Origin: Octopus bimaculoides
Taxonomy: Eukaryota
Length of the DNA stretch: 64,000 nt
Reading direction: 5' to 3'
Assembly (NCBI RefSeq): GCF_001194135.2
Contig: NC_068982.1
Coordinates: forward strand, 160,854,645-160,918,644
Numbering within the stretch: the first letter of the stretch is position 1; the number at the start of each line of letters is the position of its first letter. The notes beneath the pieces are model-generated. The model searched no databases, was not told the origin of the DNA, and saw nothing but the letters and a program-made list of their open reading frames with translations. The position numbers and the translations under genes are program-made. Shown one piece after another: positions 14,200 through 25,695 of this stretch.

Positions 14200-14750
14200 A
14201 TCAAAATGCCAGCATCATGACTGCCACTCAATGCTCTGTGAGCACTGTAAAGGCTTAAGGCTTGACATAGACATCATAAAACTAAGTCTCCCCAAAACTG
14301 TGACGGTCTTTGGGTGTGTCTCTAGGTAGGGTGATATCATGCTGCCTCGCATCTTTGAACAGCGTCTTGGGCTCGATTCAGACGGCCATGTGTATCTTCT
14401 GGAGACTGTTTAATATGTGTCTCGAGAGTGTTGTTGCTGGAAAGTCATATTTGGGGCTGCAGGATTCGGCTCATGGTCATGCTGCTGGGAAGAGTCAGAA
14501 GTAGTTGTAGGAAAATTTCTACTTCACCAGGTCCAATTTCTGGCCTCATTATTTCTCCGATTATAATCCCATACATTACTATTCGTGGTTCGCAGTTGAG
14601 AAAGATACCAACCACTGTGCCTGCAAAGACGAAGGCCGAAATAGCGGCTAATATCAAGGAGGTGTTCGAAGATCTACACAGGAACACGATGATGTTCCAG
14701 AGCCGTCTTCACACTTTGGTGAAAGTTCTTATGTATAATATATGATGAAT
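14200..14750 (+). mobile_element. Degenerate Tc1/mariner transposase, maT/DD37D-like catalytic region
   Basis: KTVTVFGCVS*GDIMLPRIFEQ; LQDSAHGH; NFWPHYFSDYNPIHYYSWFAVEKDTN (14535 onward; cf. WPPNSPDxNPLDY); TKAEIAANIKEVFEDL. 36 codons separate the second D from the third catalytic position, which is mutated to H. Confidence 0.85.
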
Positions 14751-16209
14751 TTATGGAATGAGGTTCCATAAATCCCATCAGTTTTGTTAAGAATGCAGGA
14801 AACAATTTGTTAAAATTTATAAGAAGTTTAATTCTTGCAGACGTTCGTTTCGTACAGAGATATAATAATAATATAAATTCATGATTGAATTAAATTAAAT
14901 TAAAAATCAGCGTACTACAAGGAACGTAAAAAGGAATAGAGCAGAAAAAATTGGATCTAGGAGAGTCATATTAGTGTCCGTGTGAGAAAGAGATGAGTGT
15001 CAAGTCGCATATTGAACCATAACTAATGGCTTCAACGGTTATTTGAAGGTATACGTAGAGAGGTGTCGGAGACGTTCCCTCTAAAGATGAGTACGGAAAT
15101 TAGAATTATAGCTCCATATATGTAGCGTAGGGCAAGTAAGTAGTAGAAATGTCTAATAGGAAGTCAATACCAAATTTAAATCAAAATTAAAACTAACCGT
15201 TGAAAACAGTACGTAGTATAATATATTTCTTTTTAATCTATACAAAACAATGAAGTTTAGCGTGAGGAAGTGGTATATGATAAGCTAATACTAGATAGTT
15301 AACGTAAACAAATGGCAAAAATAGAGGAATGAGAATGAGTTAAAGAAAGAAAATGATGTATATAAAGGACTCATGTTTACATAAAAAATCATATTAGGTA
15401 ACACGTATTAATAATAAAGGAGAAAAAATAAGTAAAAACAGAGAAGCAATTATTAGTATTTCTATTTGTAATTGTGTAACGTTCTCCGTTCTTTGTCTTT
15501 GTTGTCGTACACATTCGCTTGCTTTCTTACAAAAATCTAGTGGTCTTAGCTTAGACTTTTTTGAGGGCAACCAGATTGAACAGTCTCAAGTGTAACTGCC
15601 CACAAACAACAAGAATATAACAACAGGTGTTTTTCGACTGAGGACGAATCAAATTGAGCTGGCGCGTATAAAGTGAAAGCTTTAAAGCAGGAACATAAGA
15701 GATGGACATGAAGTGTTGGTGGTCGGCAGTCAGCTCAAGAAAGAAAGATCATGGCTGGCCGAACATCGGTCACGTGAAAGGAGGAGGGAGGGTTAGGGGA
15801 AGCAGGATTGAAGGATTAGAAAAAAAACAGAGACAAAGGGAGAGGTAAAGGGGAGATAATCGAGTATGAAAGTAGGAGTTAAAGAAAAAGAGGGTCAAGA
15901 AATGTGAGAGAGGGGGAGCGAGAAAAAGAAGAGAGGAAGAATGTATGAGAGGGACTAAAAGACAGAATAAAAGAATCGTACAAACTTTAGATACACACTA
16001 TAAGGTGAGCAAAAGCCTTAAGGTGTTCCACCAGCAATGAGCTTTCTTTCTTGGTCTGACGCGCACCTTCGTTTTGGGATCACCAATACTTTATTATCTC
16101 CCTTCTTAATAGCTCTCCTGTCTAACCACCTCTCTCCAGCCACCCGCCATGATTGACCGCTAGCCTCTAAGGCTTTTTTAATTCTCTCTCTGTTTATTTT
16201 CTCATGTTC

Positions 16210-16246
16210 CTTTTTCTTGAAGAGCGTAGGCTCGAAATGTAAAAGA
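16210..16246 (+). ncRNA. Decayed minimal hammerhead ribozyme motif (PLE pseudo-LTR type)
   Basis: tttttCTTGAAGAgcgtaggctcGAAATGTAaaaga: CUGANGA-like core with one extra or changed base, short stem II, GAAA, and ACGT palindrome decayed to ATGT. Confidence 0.45.
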
Positions 16247-16451
16247 CTTTCTCACCTTCCCGAGCGTTAAAGTAATACATCTGCTTTTTTTTTAAATACC
16301 CCTGTCTTTTTCTTTTGTTTTTCTNNNNNNNNNNNNNNNNNNNNNNNNNNNNNNNNNNNNNNNNNNNNNNNNNNNNNNNNNNNNNNNNNNNNNNNNNNNN
16401 NNNNNNNNNNNNNNNNNNNNNNNNNNNNNNATATATATATATATATATATA

Positions 16452-16530
16452 CGCGACGAGCTTCTTTCAATTTCCGTCTACCAAATCTACAAAGCTTTTA
16501 ATTGGTTATTGTACAAGACACATGACTAAA
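16452..16530 (-). mobile_element. Fragment of SINE family C
   Basis: cgacgagcttctttcaatttccgtctaccaaatc matches 32455-32490. Confidence 0.6.
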
Positions 16531-17633
16531 TATATACACAGGTGCATATATATATATTTAAAAAATGTAAAAAGGTAGAAAGAAAGAAAACAGAGAAATT
16601 AAGAGGAAAAAGAGAAAGCAAAAGGAATATTGCAAGCGAAGAAAGAAGTGTGGAATGATGATAATTTTTACTCCAACATTCTACGATGCGAGCCGAGGTC
16701 ATATCGGGGTCAATATGCCTTCCAGCCTTCCATAAAGTTCAATACTGGTCAAATAATGGCGTTGACACAATCGATTAATCCCTCACACTCCTTATTAATT
16801 CCATTTCATTAACTCCACATCAGCAAATTAAATTTTTTTATCCATTATTTATTTATTTAATTATTTCATAACTTTTTTCGATGTTAGGTTATTTATTTTT
16901 TTTTTTTCATTTAATGTATTTAAAAAATTTATTTAAACAATCCGTTTACTATAATTATCCCAATATCCCGCCTCATCCTGCTTTGCTAGAGCCTCATACG
17001 GTTTTCTATCCTCCCACACAACTTACAGGCTGACTGACTATCTCTCCATGATTCCTCTCTGTATAAAGTCTCTCCTCCAGCTAGTCAACTTCCCACCTGT
17101 ATTTCAACTAGTCACAATGCTCTACTCTCTCCTTCCATGATACAATATGGCTATACAATTCGATGTTTCGCAGGTAACTCTGTTCAGGTTTTATTTTTTT
17201 CACTCTTTCTTTTCTATTCTTTCTTCGCTTATTACTTTCTCTTTTACATTCTTTTCTTCCTCCCTTGCTCTTTTGCCGTCTTCTTTCTTGTTTTCTCTTC
17301 CTTTCTTTTCATCCTCTTTTCTCTTTCACTTATTTCCGTGAGGGAAAAAGAAACAAGGACGAAGGTTGATTTTTGTCCTTTCTTTCTTTTTCTTCTTATT
17401 TCCCTGCTTATTTAGTAAACCCTACATTTCACACAAAATGTTTCTTTTCCTATTCCTTCTTTCTCCATTTCCTCCTACCTTTCTTTCGTTTCTTTCTTCT
17501 TTGTCTCTATCTCACGCACATTCATTAACTCTGGGAGTAAAGGAAACTACAACGCAATCTAAGATGCCATGTGGCATGATGAATTGACTGTAAGACTATT
17601 ATTCTAATCAAGTATTCCCAAACATGAAAAACG

Positions 17634-17896
17634 TATTCTGTGGTGTCTGGGGAGAGTCATTCTCTTATAATTTAACACACTCACCGGTAAAATTTCCACT
17701 CATTTACTTATTTATTTTTCTAAAATTTCCGTTGCGTCATGCTACCTTTTCAACAGTGAACAACTTTTGAAAAGGTTGCAAGACGCAACGAAAATTTTAG
17801 AAAAATAAATAAGTAAATGAGTGGAAATTTTACCGGTGAGTGTGTTAAATTATAAGGCACTACAAGAGAATGACTCTCCCCAGACACAACAGAATA
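17634..17896. mobile_element. 263-bp foldback palindrome, MITE-like
   Basis: Left arm tattctgtggtgtctggggagagtcattct...ccttttcaa is the reverse complement of the right arm apart from 4 substitutions I counted and a 10-nt indel; short central loop; TA at both ends. Confidence 0.9.
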
Positions 17897-18169
17897 TGCT
17901 TCAACCAATACACGAACTCACATAAAGAATCTTGCAAACCAAATCCAAAAGCGAAAAACCTAGTTATTTAGAAAAGGACATGTATTTAGAAGCATTTAAT
18001 TCATACTTAAGATATAAGATATATCTTAACTTTGAGTTTCCCTAAATTGACTATGCGTACTGAGTGCTTTTCTTGGTAATTATTCAACCCTATGTGAGTG
18101 TTGGCAAAATAAGAATAATCATGACACAGTCCGCGTAATTGAATGTGTTTAATTTTCTTTCTTTAGGCT

Positions 18170-18890
18170 AAACATCGGTCGGCTGATGTACGATTTATCA
18201 AAGTCGCAGCAAGCAGCTAAAATTTCGCCGAGAGATAGACGCAGGAAGGCTAAAAGTGGTTTTGAAAGATATGTGGAATGAATATCCTTTGACATCTTTT
18301 TTTATATGGTTCGGAAAGCTGAGGTACATCTTTTCATTTCACAACCTGTTATTAGCATGAAATCGAAAGGCCCCTGGTAAATTTGAAATTGAAGTTGCGA
18401 AGAGTACATATTGTTCAATAAGTATGAGACCAATACAGAAAAGTGTATTTTGATGTAGTATAAACTATAATCTTTCCGATCGAAAAAGACTTTGATCGAG
18501 CGTTTCTAAAAATTCAAGATTAATGATATTGCTACTGCAGATAAGTTTCGCCGAAGACATTGACGTTAATTATTACATTGCCCAACTACTATTATATGAG
18601 CTTTCTATGACAGAGGCAACTGTTTGTAGTTCAGCTGACATCGTAGACCATTTAAATAAAAACAGCTGATAACAGGCACATATGAGATATTTGTACATTT
18701 TGCCATCTTTTGCTACAAAGTCTGCAACATCTGCTATAGCTGAATGGATATTTATTCTAGCAAAGTCATTACGACATGTCTTCGGCCAACAATCAATACT
18801 CAGAGATTAAATTCTCTGGCTGTACTTTCGTATAACAAAGAGATGAGAGACAAAATAATTTGATTTCAGTTGTGATAGTTGCTTCTTGAT
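18170..18890 (+). mobile_element. Degenerate hAT transposase, C-terminal dimerisation region
   Basis: SATSAIAE then TCLRPTINTQRLNSLAVLSYNKEM (about 18720-18845), matching the hAT ATSAxAERSFS...TYLRSTMxQxRLNxLAxL motif. The 5' limit is uncertain. Confidence 0.65.
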
Positions 18891-18991
18891 ATGAAAACAT
18901 GTAAAAGAATTTCGGCAAATTCCAACTGGTTGTATAATATATTTGAATAATAAAGTTTTATGGCCAAGACTGTTTTCGCACCTAGCACCTA

Positions 18992-19034
<43 letters not shown>

Positions 19035-19268
19035 AAAATTTTTATCAAGACATTCCAAACATCCTATTCGCAGAATAGGAGGCTATAGTTGCACAAAAAT
19101 CATTTATTTGTCATGTTTATAGTTAAGGTCAATAACTGTTTTAAACAATAATTTACACTTAAACACGTAAATTTGTAAGCATGGACGTTACGATATGTTA
19201 ATCATCTTCATTAAATGCTGCTGCGTTTACATTAATTTTGTAATTTATATTTAACCCTCTCGCACGTC

Positions 19269-19269
<1 letters not shown>

Positions 19270-19346
<77 letters not shown>

Positions 19347-19355
19347 GATAGATAT

Positions 19356-19415
<60 letters not shown>

Positions 19416-19500
19416 TTTCATACATACATACATGCATACATACATACATACATACACATACCTGTAAGTACGTATGTATGTATGTATGTATGTACGTATG
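19270..19500. repeat. Compound microsatellite (CA)n-(TA)n-(GATA)n-(TACA)n-(TATG)n
   Basis: Directly visible. Confidence 0.95.
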
Positions 19501-19524
19501 TATATATGTATATATTCTTCCCTT

Positions 19525-19715
19525 GGTTTACTTGTTTCACTCATTGGACTGAGGCCAGGCAAGAGCACCGTCTTGAAGGATTTACTTGTTCAATTGATCC
19601 CCAGCATTAATTTTTAAGACTGCTATTTATTCTCCCCGTCTCTTTTCATCGAACTGTTAAGTTGTGATCATATAAGCAAATCACCATCAGTTGTCAAGCG
19701 ACCAATGACAAACAC
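19525..19715 (-). mobile_element. 3' module of composite SINE family C
   Basis: tttacttgtttcactcattggactgaggcca and gttgtcaagcg match 32224-32254 and 32383-32395. Confidence 0.65.
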
Positions 19716-20484
19716 GAATGCGAGCACACGTTGGTATGCATACACGTATGTATACACGTACCTGTGTGGGTGTGCGTGTTTGTGTGTCTGTGTCTGTGTG
19801 TCTGTCTGTGTGTGTGTGTGTATGTGTGTGTGTGTGTGTCTGTGTCTGTGTCTGTCTGTGTGTATGCGTGTGTGCGCGCACTCGACACATTTCTGCAGTT
19901 TCTCTTTTTCAAATTGACTGGTATGTAATGAGCCGGCCCAATGCTATAATATAAATCGCTGTCCAAAGCTGCTTCATCTTGTGTCTGTACCCTAAATTAC
20001 GTGGTATTCCATAAACTACTCAACCACACAGCCGTAGCATCATCGAATACGACCACTTCTTAGAAAGATGAATATACGTTGGATGTTACCATGGAAGGAT
20101 TCTAAGAGAAAACAACCACCAGTTTCAGGTTTGCTGCTGAGTTCCAGATTTAGGCAAGCTTTGTTTAGACCACCTTTTTTCAGTTACATCCTAACTTACA
20201 GGTGAGCATTGCTATTCAAGGGAAAAATTGCTCATTCATTAGATGTGTTGCCAAATCGCTATATTGTCAGTGTTTGGGAAAGAAGCGATCAGTAACCCAA
20301 GCTATCTACGTAAGAGTTAGCATTTACATGCTTCCAGCTGGTCTAGCCATGCATTCCACTACTCTCCATCACCACAGGACATTTTCCTATTGTGTTCCCA
20401 GAAGTTCCTGTGCGTGAAATGGATTATAGTTAGTGGAAGTGGGTACCCTCACTTTTCAGATTCAGTAAGTTCTTCGCTCATGCT

Positions 20485-20612
20485 CTATCAATCTCAGAAG
20501 AATAAAATGCAAAGCTGACTTCTATGAGATTTGTACACAGAGCGAAGAGAGCGGAAACAAGTATCGCGAGGTATTGTATCCGACGCTCTAACGACTATGC
20601 CACTTTACCATC
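20485..20612 (-). mobile_element. Degenerate SINE family A, 5' half
   Basis: ctatcaatctcagaagaataaaatgcaaagctgac...ccgacgctctaacgactatgcc is colinear with 28054-28270. Confidence 0.5.
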
Positions 20613-23600
20613 TTCTGAAACTGTTACAAACCATTTCCATTTTTGCAGAAAAACATTTGCGATCGAAGTTAAAATAGCAATTCATAAATTTTAGAAAGTT
20701 AAAAACTGAAATATATATTTATTCATATAATTTGACAATATAAAATAAAAAGTATATATATTTATAACGATATTTTTGCATCCTTATATTATATAAGAAA
20801 AATAAATTTTTACGCATTAAATCATAATCATCCCTGTACAGTAATATGATATTATAAAATCTAATAATAGAACATTATAATAACAGATTCTGTAAGCAGA
20901 GTCGCACTGAGAAATTGCTGCAATATAAGAAAATTGTAATATAAGAACTTAATATTTTAACTTACATAAATTCACAATACTCTCTACAAAATTTTTACTA
21001 GATACGACGTGTTTAATTCCGATAAGCAAAACCTGGTGTTTCGCAAGACATTGAGAAGAATCAGTTATATGTCTGTATTCTTGTTCAAATCAGCAGCGAC
21101 TTGGTTGTTGTGTTAATCCAGGTCAATCCTGATTTCGCAGATTTATCATAAAAGGCATTTCATTTGGGATCGTTCCGACTTTCAAAATATCCTGGACTTC
21201 TTTATCCAACGGGTCATTTATTACGAAACAAAAATAAATAAACATTCAAATATATAGAGTATCAGTGAAGTACCGGTGTAGAATGACATTCCTCTCTTGG
21301 AATCGGCCACTTTGCATTGTCAGAAGGGTTATTCTCTGTGTTTTTTGCTTTGTTTTGTTTTTGTTTCTTTATTTCGCAAGAAAAAAAAATATACTTCATT
21401 AACAGTCCAACATCAGACCGATTATTTAATGGAAATTTGGTTCCTATTTCTAGCGCGTTGACGTTTTTTAATTAGAAGTCCCCTGTCATCCTCTGAGGTT
21501 GATCAAATTTTCACGAGTTTTATACTTAACAGTGCATTTTAAAGTAGTTTTCTCTTGTTTCTACTTAAATTAATAAGCGGAGAAAATGCATTTTGAAGAG
21601 CGCTTCGGTTTTTTAAAATATTTCACAAGTTAAAGCAATTTAAGGTTTTGTTTTAGGTAATTTTGCTTCTCTGTTTAACATCGGCATCTGCTTCTTAAAT
21701 TGCAAGCTTTCTGAATAGAATAGTCTCTTCATTGCTCACGTTTTATTTGTAGGAACTGAATTGCAGATTTTCGGAATAGTCACGGGTAGCAAAAGTTACG
21801 CCAATTTAGGAGGATATGTCTACCTTCTTTGAATCACTTATAAAGCGAAAATTATAAAGGAAGCATCTGTAAGTATTGATTTGTTCATTATACGTCTTTT
21901 CTGAGCACTCGAAGGGTATCTGTCATTTCAGTATTCATAAAATTCATCAGTTCATTGCCCGGTTAATTTATACTTGTAAAGCCCCTTTGGTAATCAATTC
22001 CAGTTTATAGTGAACATTGATATGTGGGCTTCTTGTCATATAGAATGGCTTCCTTAATGATTTATATTAATTACAGCGTTATCGTTTCATTGATGGCTAA
22101 TGCAATTTTATTTTAAGATGTGATGCGTCAGTGGGTAGCTTATCCTGCAGTTATTTTAAAGATATATCAAATATCTCCTCTATTCGTCTAACGAGCGAAG
22201 TTAAGCTTTATACCACAGATCTCTTAACGTCTAAAGGAATTAGATAATTTTCCTTTGCACATTTTCTACAAGATATGAATTTAAGGCACCAAATGAAGTT
22301 ACTATATTCGCATCAAATCTCACCAGACTGCTGAAGAATTCTAGAAAATTATTTACTTCTGTAGATTATCATTATTCAAGAAAATTGTTTCTTTTCTTTT
22401 TTTTTTTTTTTTGATTTATTACTCAAACGTGCTAGAAACGGTAAAGTATGACTACCTGTTTTGTAGTATTTATATAAGGAAAAGAAGGATACAATGTTTG
22501 ACTAAATGTATTGTAGTATTATTTGCATGTGGCAGAGACGGGTAGAGTTTGCGGAAAATATGTTTTAGAATTTAGACGAGGCAGAAACAGAAGGATATCT
22601 GACTAAATGAGATGTAGTATTAGATACTTCTCTGTACTTTCTGATTTTGAATCAGTCTTTGCTTTAGAAGTCTTTCCAGGTTAGAGAATAACTACTAATC
22701 ATGTATTATCGCCGGTTCAATCGACAATACACTTTCTATATTTTACGTCTATTTTCAACGTCGTGGGAAATTTGTTTTCTTTAAAATACAAATTAAATAA
22801 TATCATTTAGATAACGGAGTTTCTGTAAGAATTCTTATTATTAAATTTCAGATGGATGGCACTATTACTAATCAATTACTTCTGTCTATTTTTGAAACGA
22901 AAAGTCCTTTTGATATTATATTTTACACGCTTCTCACTTGGTTTTCTTGTTATCTATTTAGTAATTATATATATTTTATCAGTTAAAATTTCTTTATGTT
23001 GTAATATCTTAAACGTATTACTTTATAAAATACATATATAATTAAATAATTTCTAAAATAATGTTGCAATAGCTATATTGCAAAACTGGATTATAAAATA
23101 AGAAAGATAATCTTGTGTAAGCGTGACGAGCATGAACGATTATTGAGCTAACAATGCATGTTGTAATGAGTTTATTATCATTACTACAAATCTTAGATAG
23201 GAACATTTGCCCTTTTAAAATATGGTGAAAGGTTACACTTGAGAAACCTGATAGGTATGGCATCAGATCTGTGTGAACACTTCAACTTTAATGTTAGATA
23301 CTTTAATAAATAAATAACACGCAAATTACAGCAACGTAAGTCTAAGTGTTTAATATTTGTTGCATATTTAGAAGTATTAATCAAAATTATGTTCAATGAC
23401 ATAACTTCCGTAAATAAACTCCATTTTAAAAAATTCAGTGGTTGCTTCAAGTTTAGCTATAAAACTGGAATCTTGTAACATTGACAGAACACCTGTTAAC
23501 AGTAAATCATTACTACGTTTGTAGCCAAAGTGATCATTCTAAGAAGGAAAAATGTAAAAGTGCTTATTCATTTAAGCTTTTAATGTCACATTATTTTGGT

Positions 23601-25489
23601 CTAAGGCAATTGTATTTGAAAACCATTTTTTGCTTGCGACCGTTGTTGGGTTGCTAAGTCTGATATATATCTGATTTAGCCAACGTAAACTTGCAGACCT
23701 TGAATCAGAATGGCTAACACATGCATATTTATTTCTAGGTACAAATAACAAGCTATTATAGAATATTGTAGAAGAGATCTATCGGGTGATTTTAAAAAAT
23801 ACGAGGGTATCATCCGTTCACATAAACAAACTGTAGTTTGCATAAAAGAATTCTGCTCAACATCGCTGATAAAGTGTAAAAATTAATCCTGTTCACATAT
23901 GGTATATAAAACATACTTGCATGACTTCTCAGTACTCTGATTTTTTATTACTTATTGTTTCCTATTGATCAGCCTGTTCTAACAGGCTTGTGTTAGAGCT
24001 GATACCGTCATGGATATTATGAATATCCTTATCAGTTGCCGTCAGTTTGCAGAAGACAGATATTCTACTTCTAAACTGGTTAGAGATAGCAAGTTCAAAA
24101 CTGCTTGACATGAAGTTTTCAAGGGTACAAATTACTTCATTACGACTAACACAAAAACTTCTTTTGATAATTCTCGTTTCTTTCATCTTGTAAGATATAT
24201 TTTTAACAGTGGCTCTCTTTTATCGATTTCAGAGAACAACGCTTAGAGAACAATGCTTTCTACCAGATTCCCACTAGAAGATTCTGTAGAAGGCTCTGGA
24301 TTGATTTTTGGTGTAAAATCCCCAATAGTAACACCATGAAACTGAAGAAGAGCCTAAAAATGCTTCAACAGAAGCAAGACATATGTCGGGAATTACATCA
24401 ATCGCAAATTATTTATATCAGTGATAAATTTCTCGAACATTTCCAATTTATCTTTGTTACGTCATTGTGTTATGAATATGTAACTAGAGTTACGAATATG
24501 TAGCAGCCATGTCGCCAGATCAGCATCCACAAGATTCAAAGTAAGTTGTGATCATTTCACTTCAAACTATTGGAGAGAAAGTCGCTTTAGAGGAAATGAA
24601 TTAGTCGCTGCAGTTTGCCCGAGCTCTGCGTTTGTTGTGATGAAGTATGAATAAATCTGACAATTCTACCAGCATTTTTAATCACACGCTGTTTCCTGAT
24701 ACTGATTTGGAGATGTCTTTGGATACAAGAATCGATGTAAGTACTGCGACAAATGGTGGAAGTTGGTTGTGATAATGTTCATAAATTGCACCAATATGTT
24801 AGTATGCAGTCTTCAGCACACTGCATTCCGACACACTTTCCTTGTGGTTGACAAATCTGTCTAGATATTACATTTTATCAGCTGCATATTGCTTTTCCAA
24901 CATCACAGGTACACCATCGGGTGAATTCTCTGTAGCTGACCTAATTAAGTCCGTTTCTACACAGATGATTGAATGTTTTGGCTACTGATGAACTACATTT
25001 GCAAAGACTTTAGCATCAAAGCACTCTTCAGAAGTTCAAAATTCTGTTCTTTCTCTTCTATATAGAATTATGATCAAGTTCATCTGCGGAACTTTTCTTT
25101 GATGACTTTTTGCTCAGTTTAAAAAATACAACAGTGCATTGGAAACAAGTTCATTAGCCTTATGTACGTGAAATATAAATAACTGGAATTATTAGTTATA
25201 TTAGCAGGCATAAAATCTTAGATTCAACGATGAGTGCTACCAACTTTTCCATTGAAAATGATAACAATATCACACACAATTTTTCTAAACTTGTCGACTC
25301 CCGTTTTTAGAAGGTGTTCAGGTCTCGACAACCTTACAAAACGAAACATACAGCAACTTCGTAGCACATTTTTCATTCTGAATTCCTGCGAAAAAGTTTT
25401 CTCAACAACTAATTCTTAAACTCCACTTTTTATCCTCTTTAAGCGAATCCTCAGAGGAAATTACAATTTTCCAAGCAATAGTAACATAA

Positions 25490-25695
25490 TATTGGTTTCA
25501 AACTTTAGCACAGTGCCAGCAAATTCAGGCGAGAATTTCAATTGGGTTACATCGATCCCAGTTCTCGGTGTGTGTTTTATCGACCCCGAAATGAAAGTTG
25601 AACTCGGTAAAATTTGAAGTCAGAACGCAAAGTGGTACGAAGTGTCACTAAGCATTTTGCCCGACCTGTAAACAGTATTTCCAACTCGTCGTCTT
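25490..25695 (-). mobile_element. SINE family A, diverged full-length copy
   Basis: tttatcgaccccgaaatgaaag, atttgaagtcagaacg, ctaagcattttgcccg all match 28054-28270. Confidence 0.7.

Noticed and set aside
20030-20460. Minus-strand RTE-like fragment
   Set aside because: Only faint resemblance (VDSLGY); not enough to list as a feature.
22449-22621. CRISPR-like repeat-spacer array
   Set aside because: Only three degenerate units, spacers resemble each other, eukaryotic context and no cas genes.
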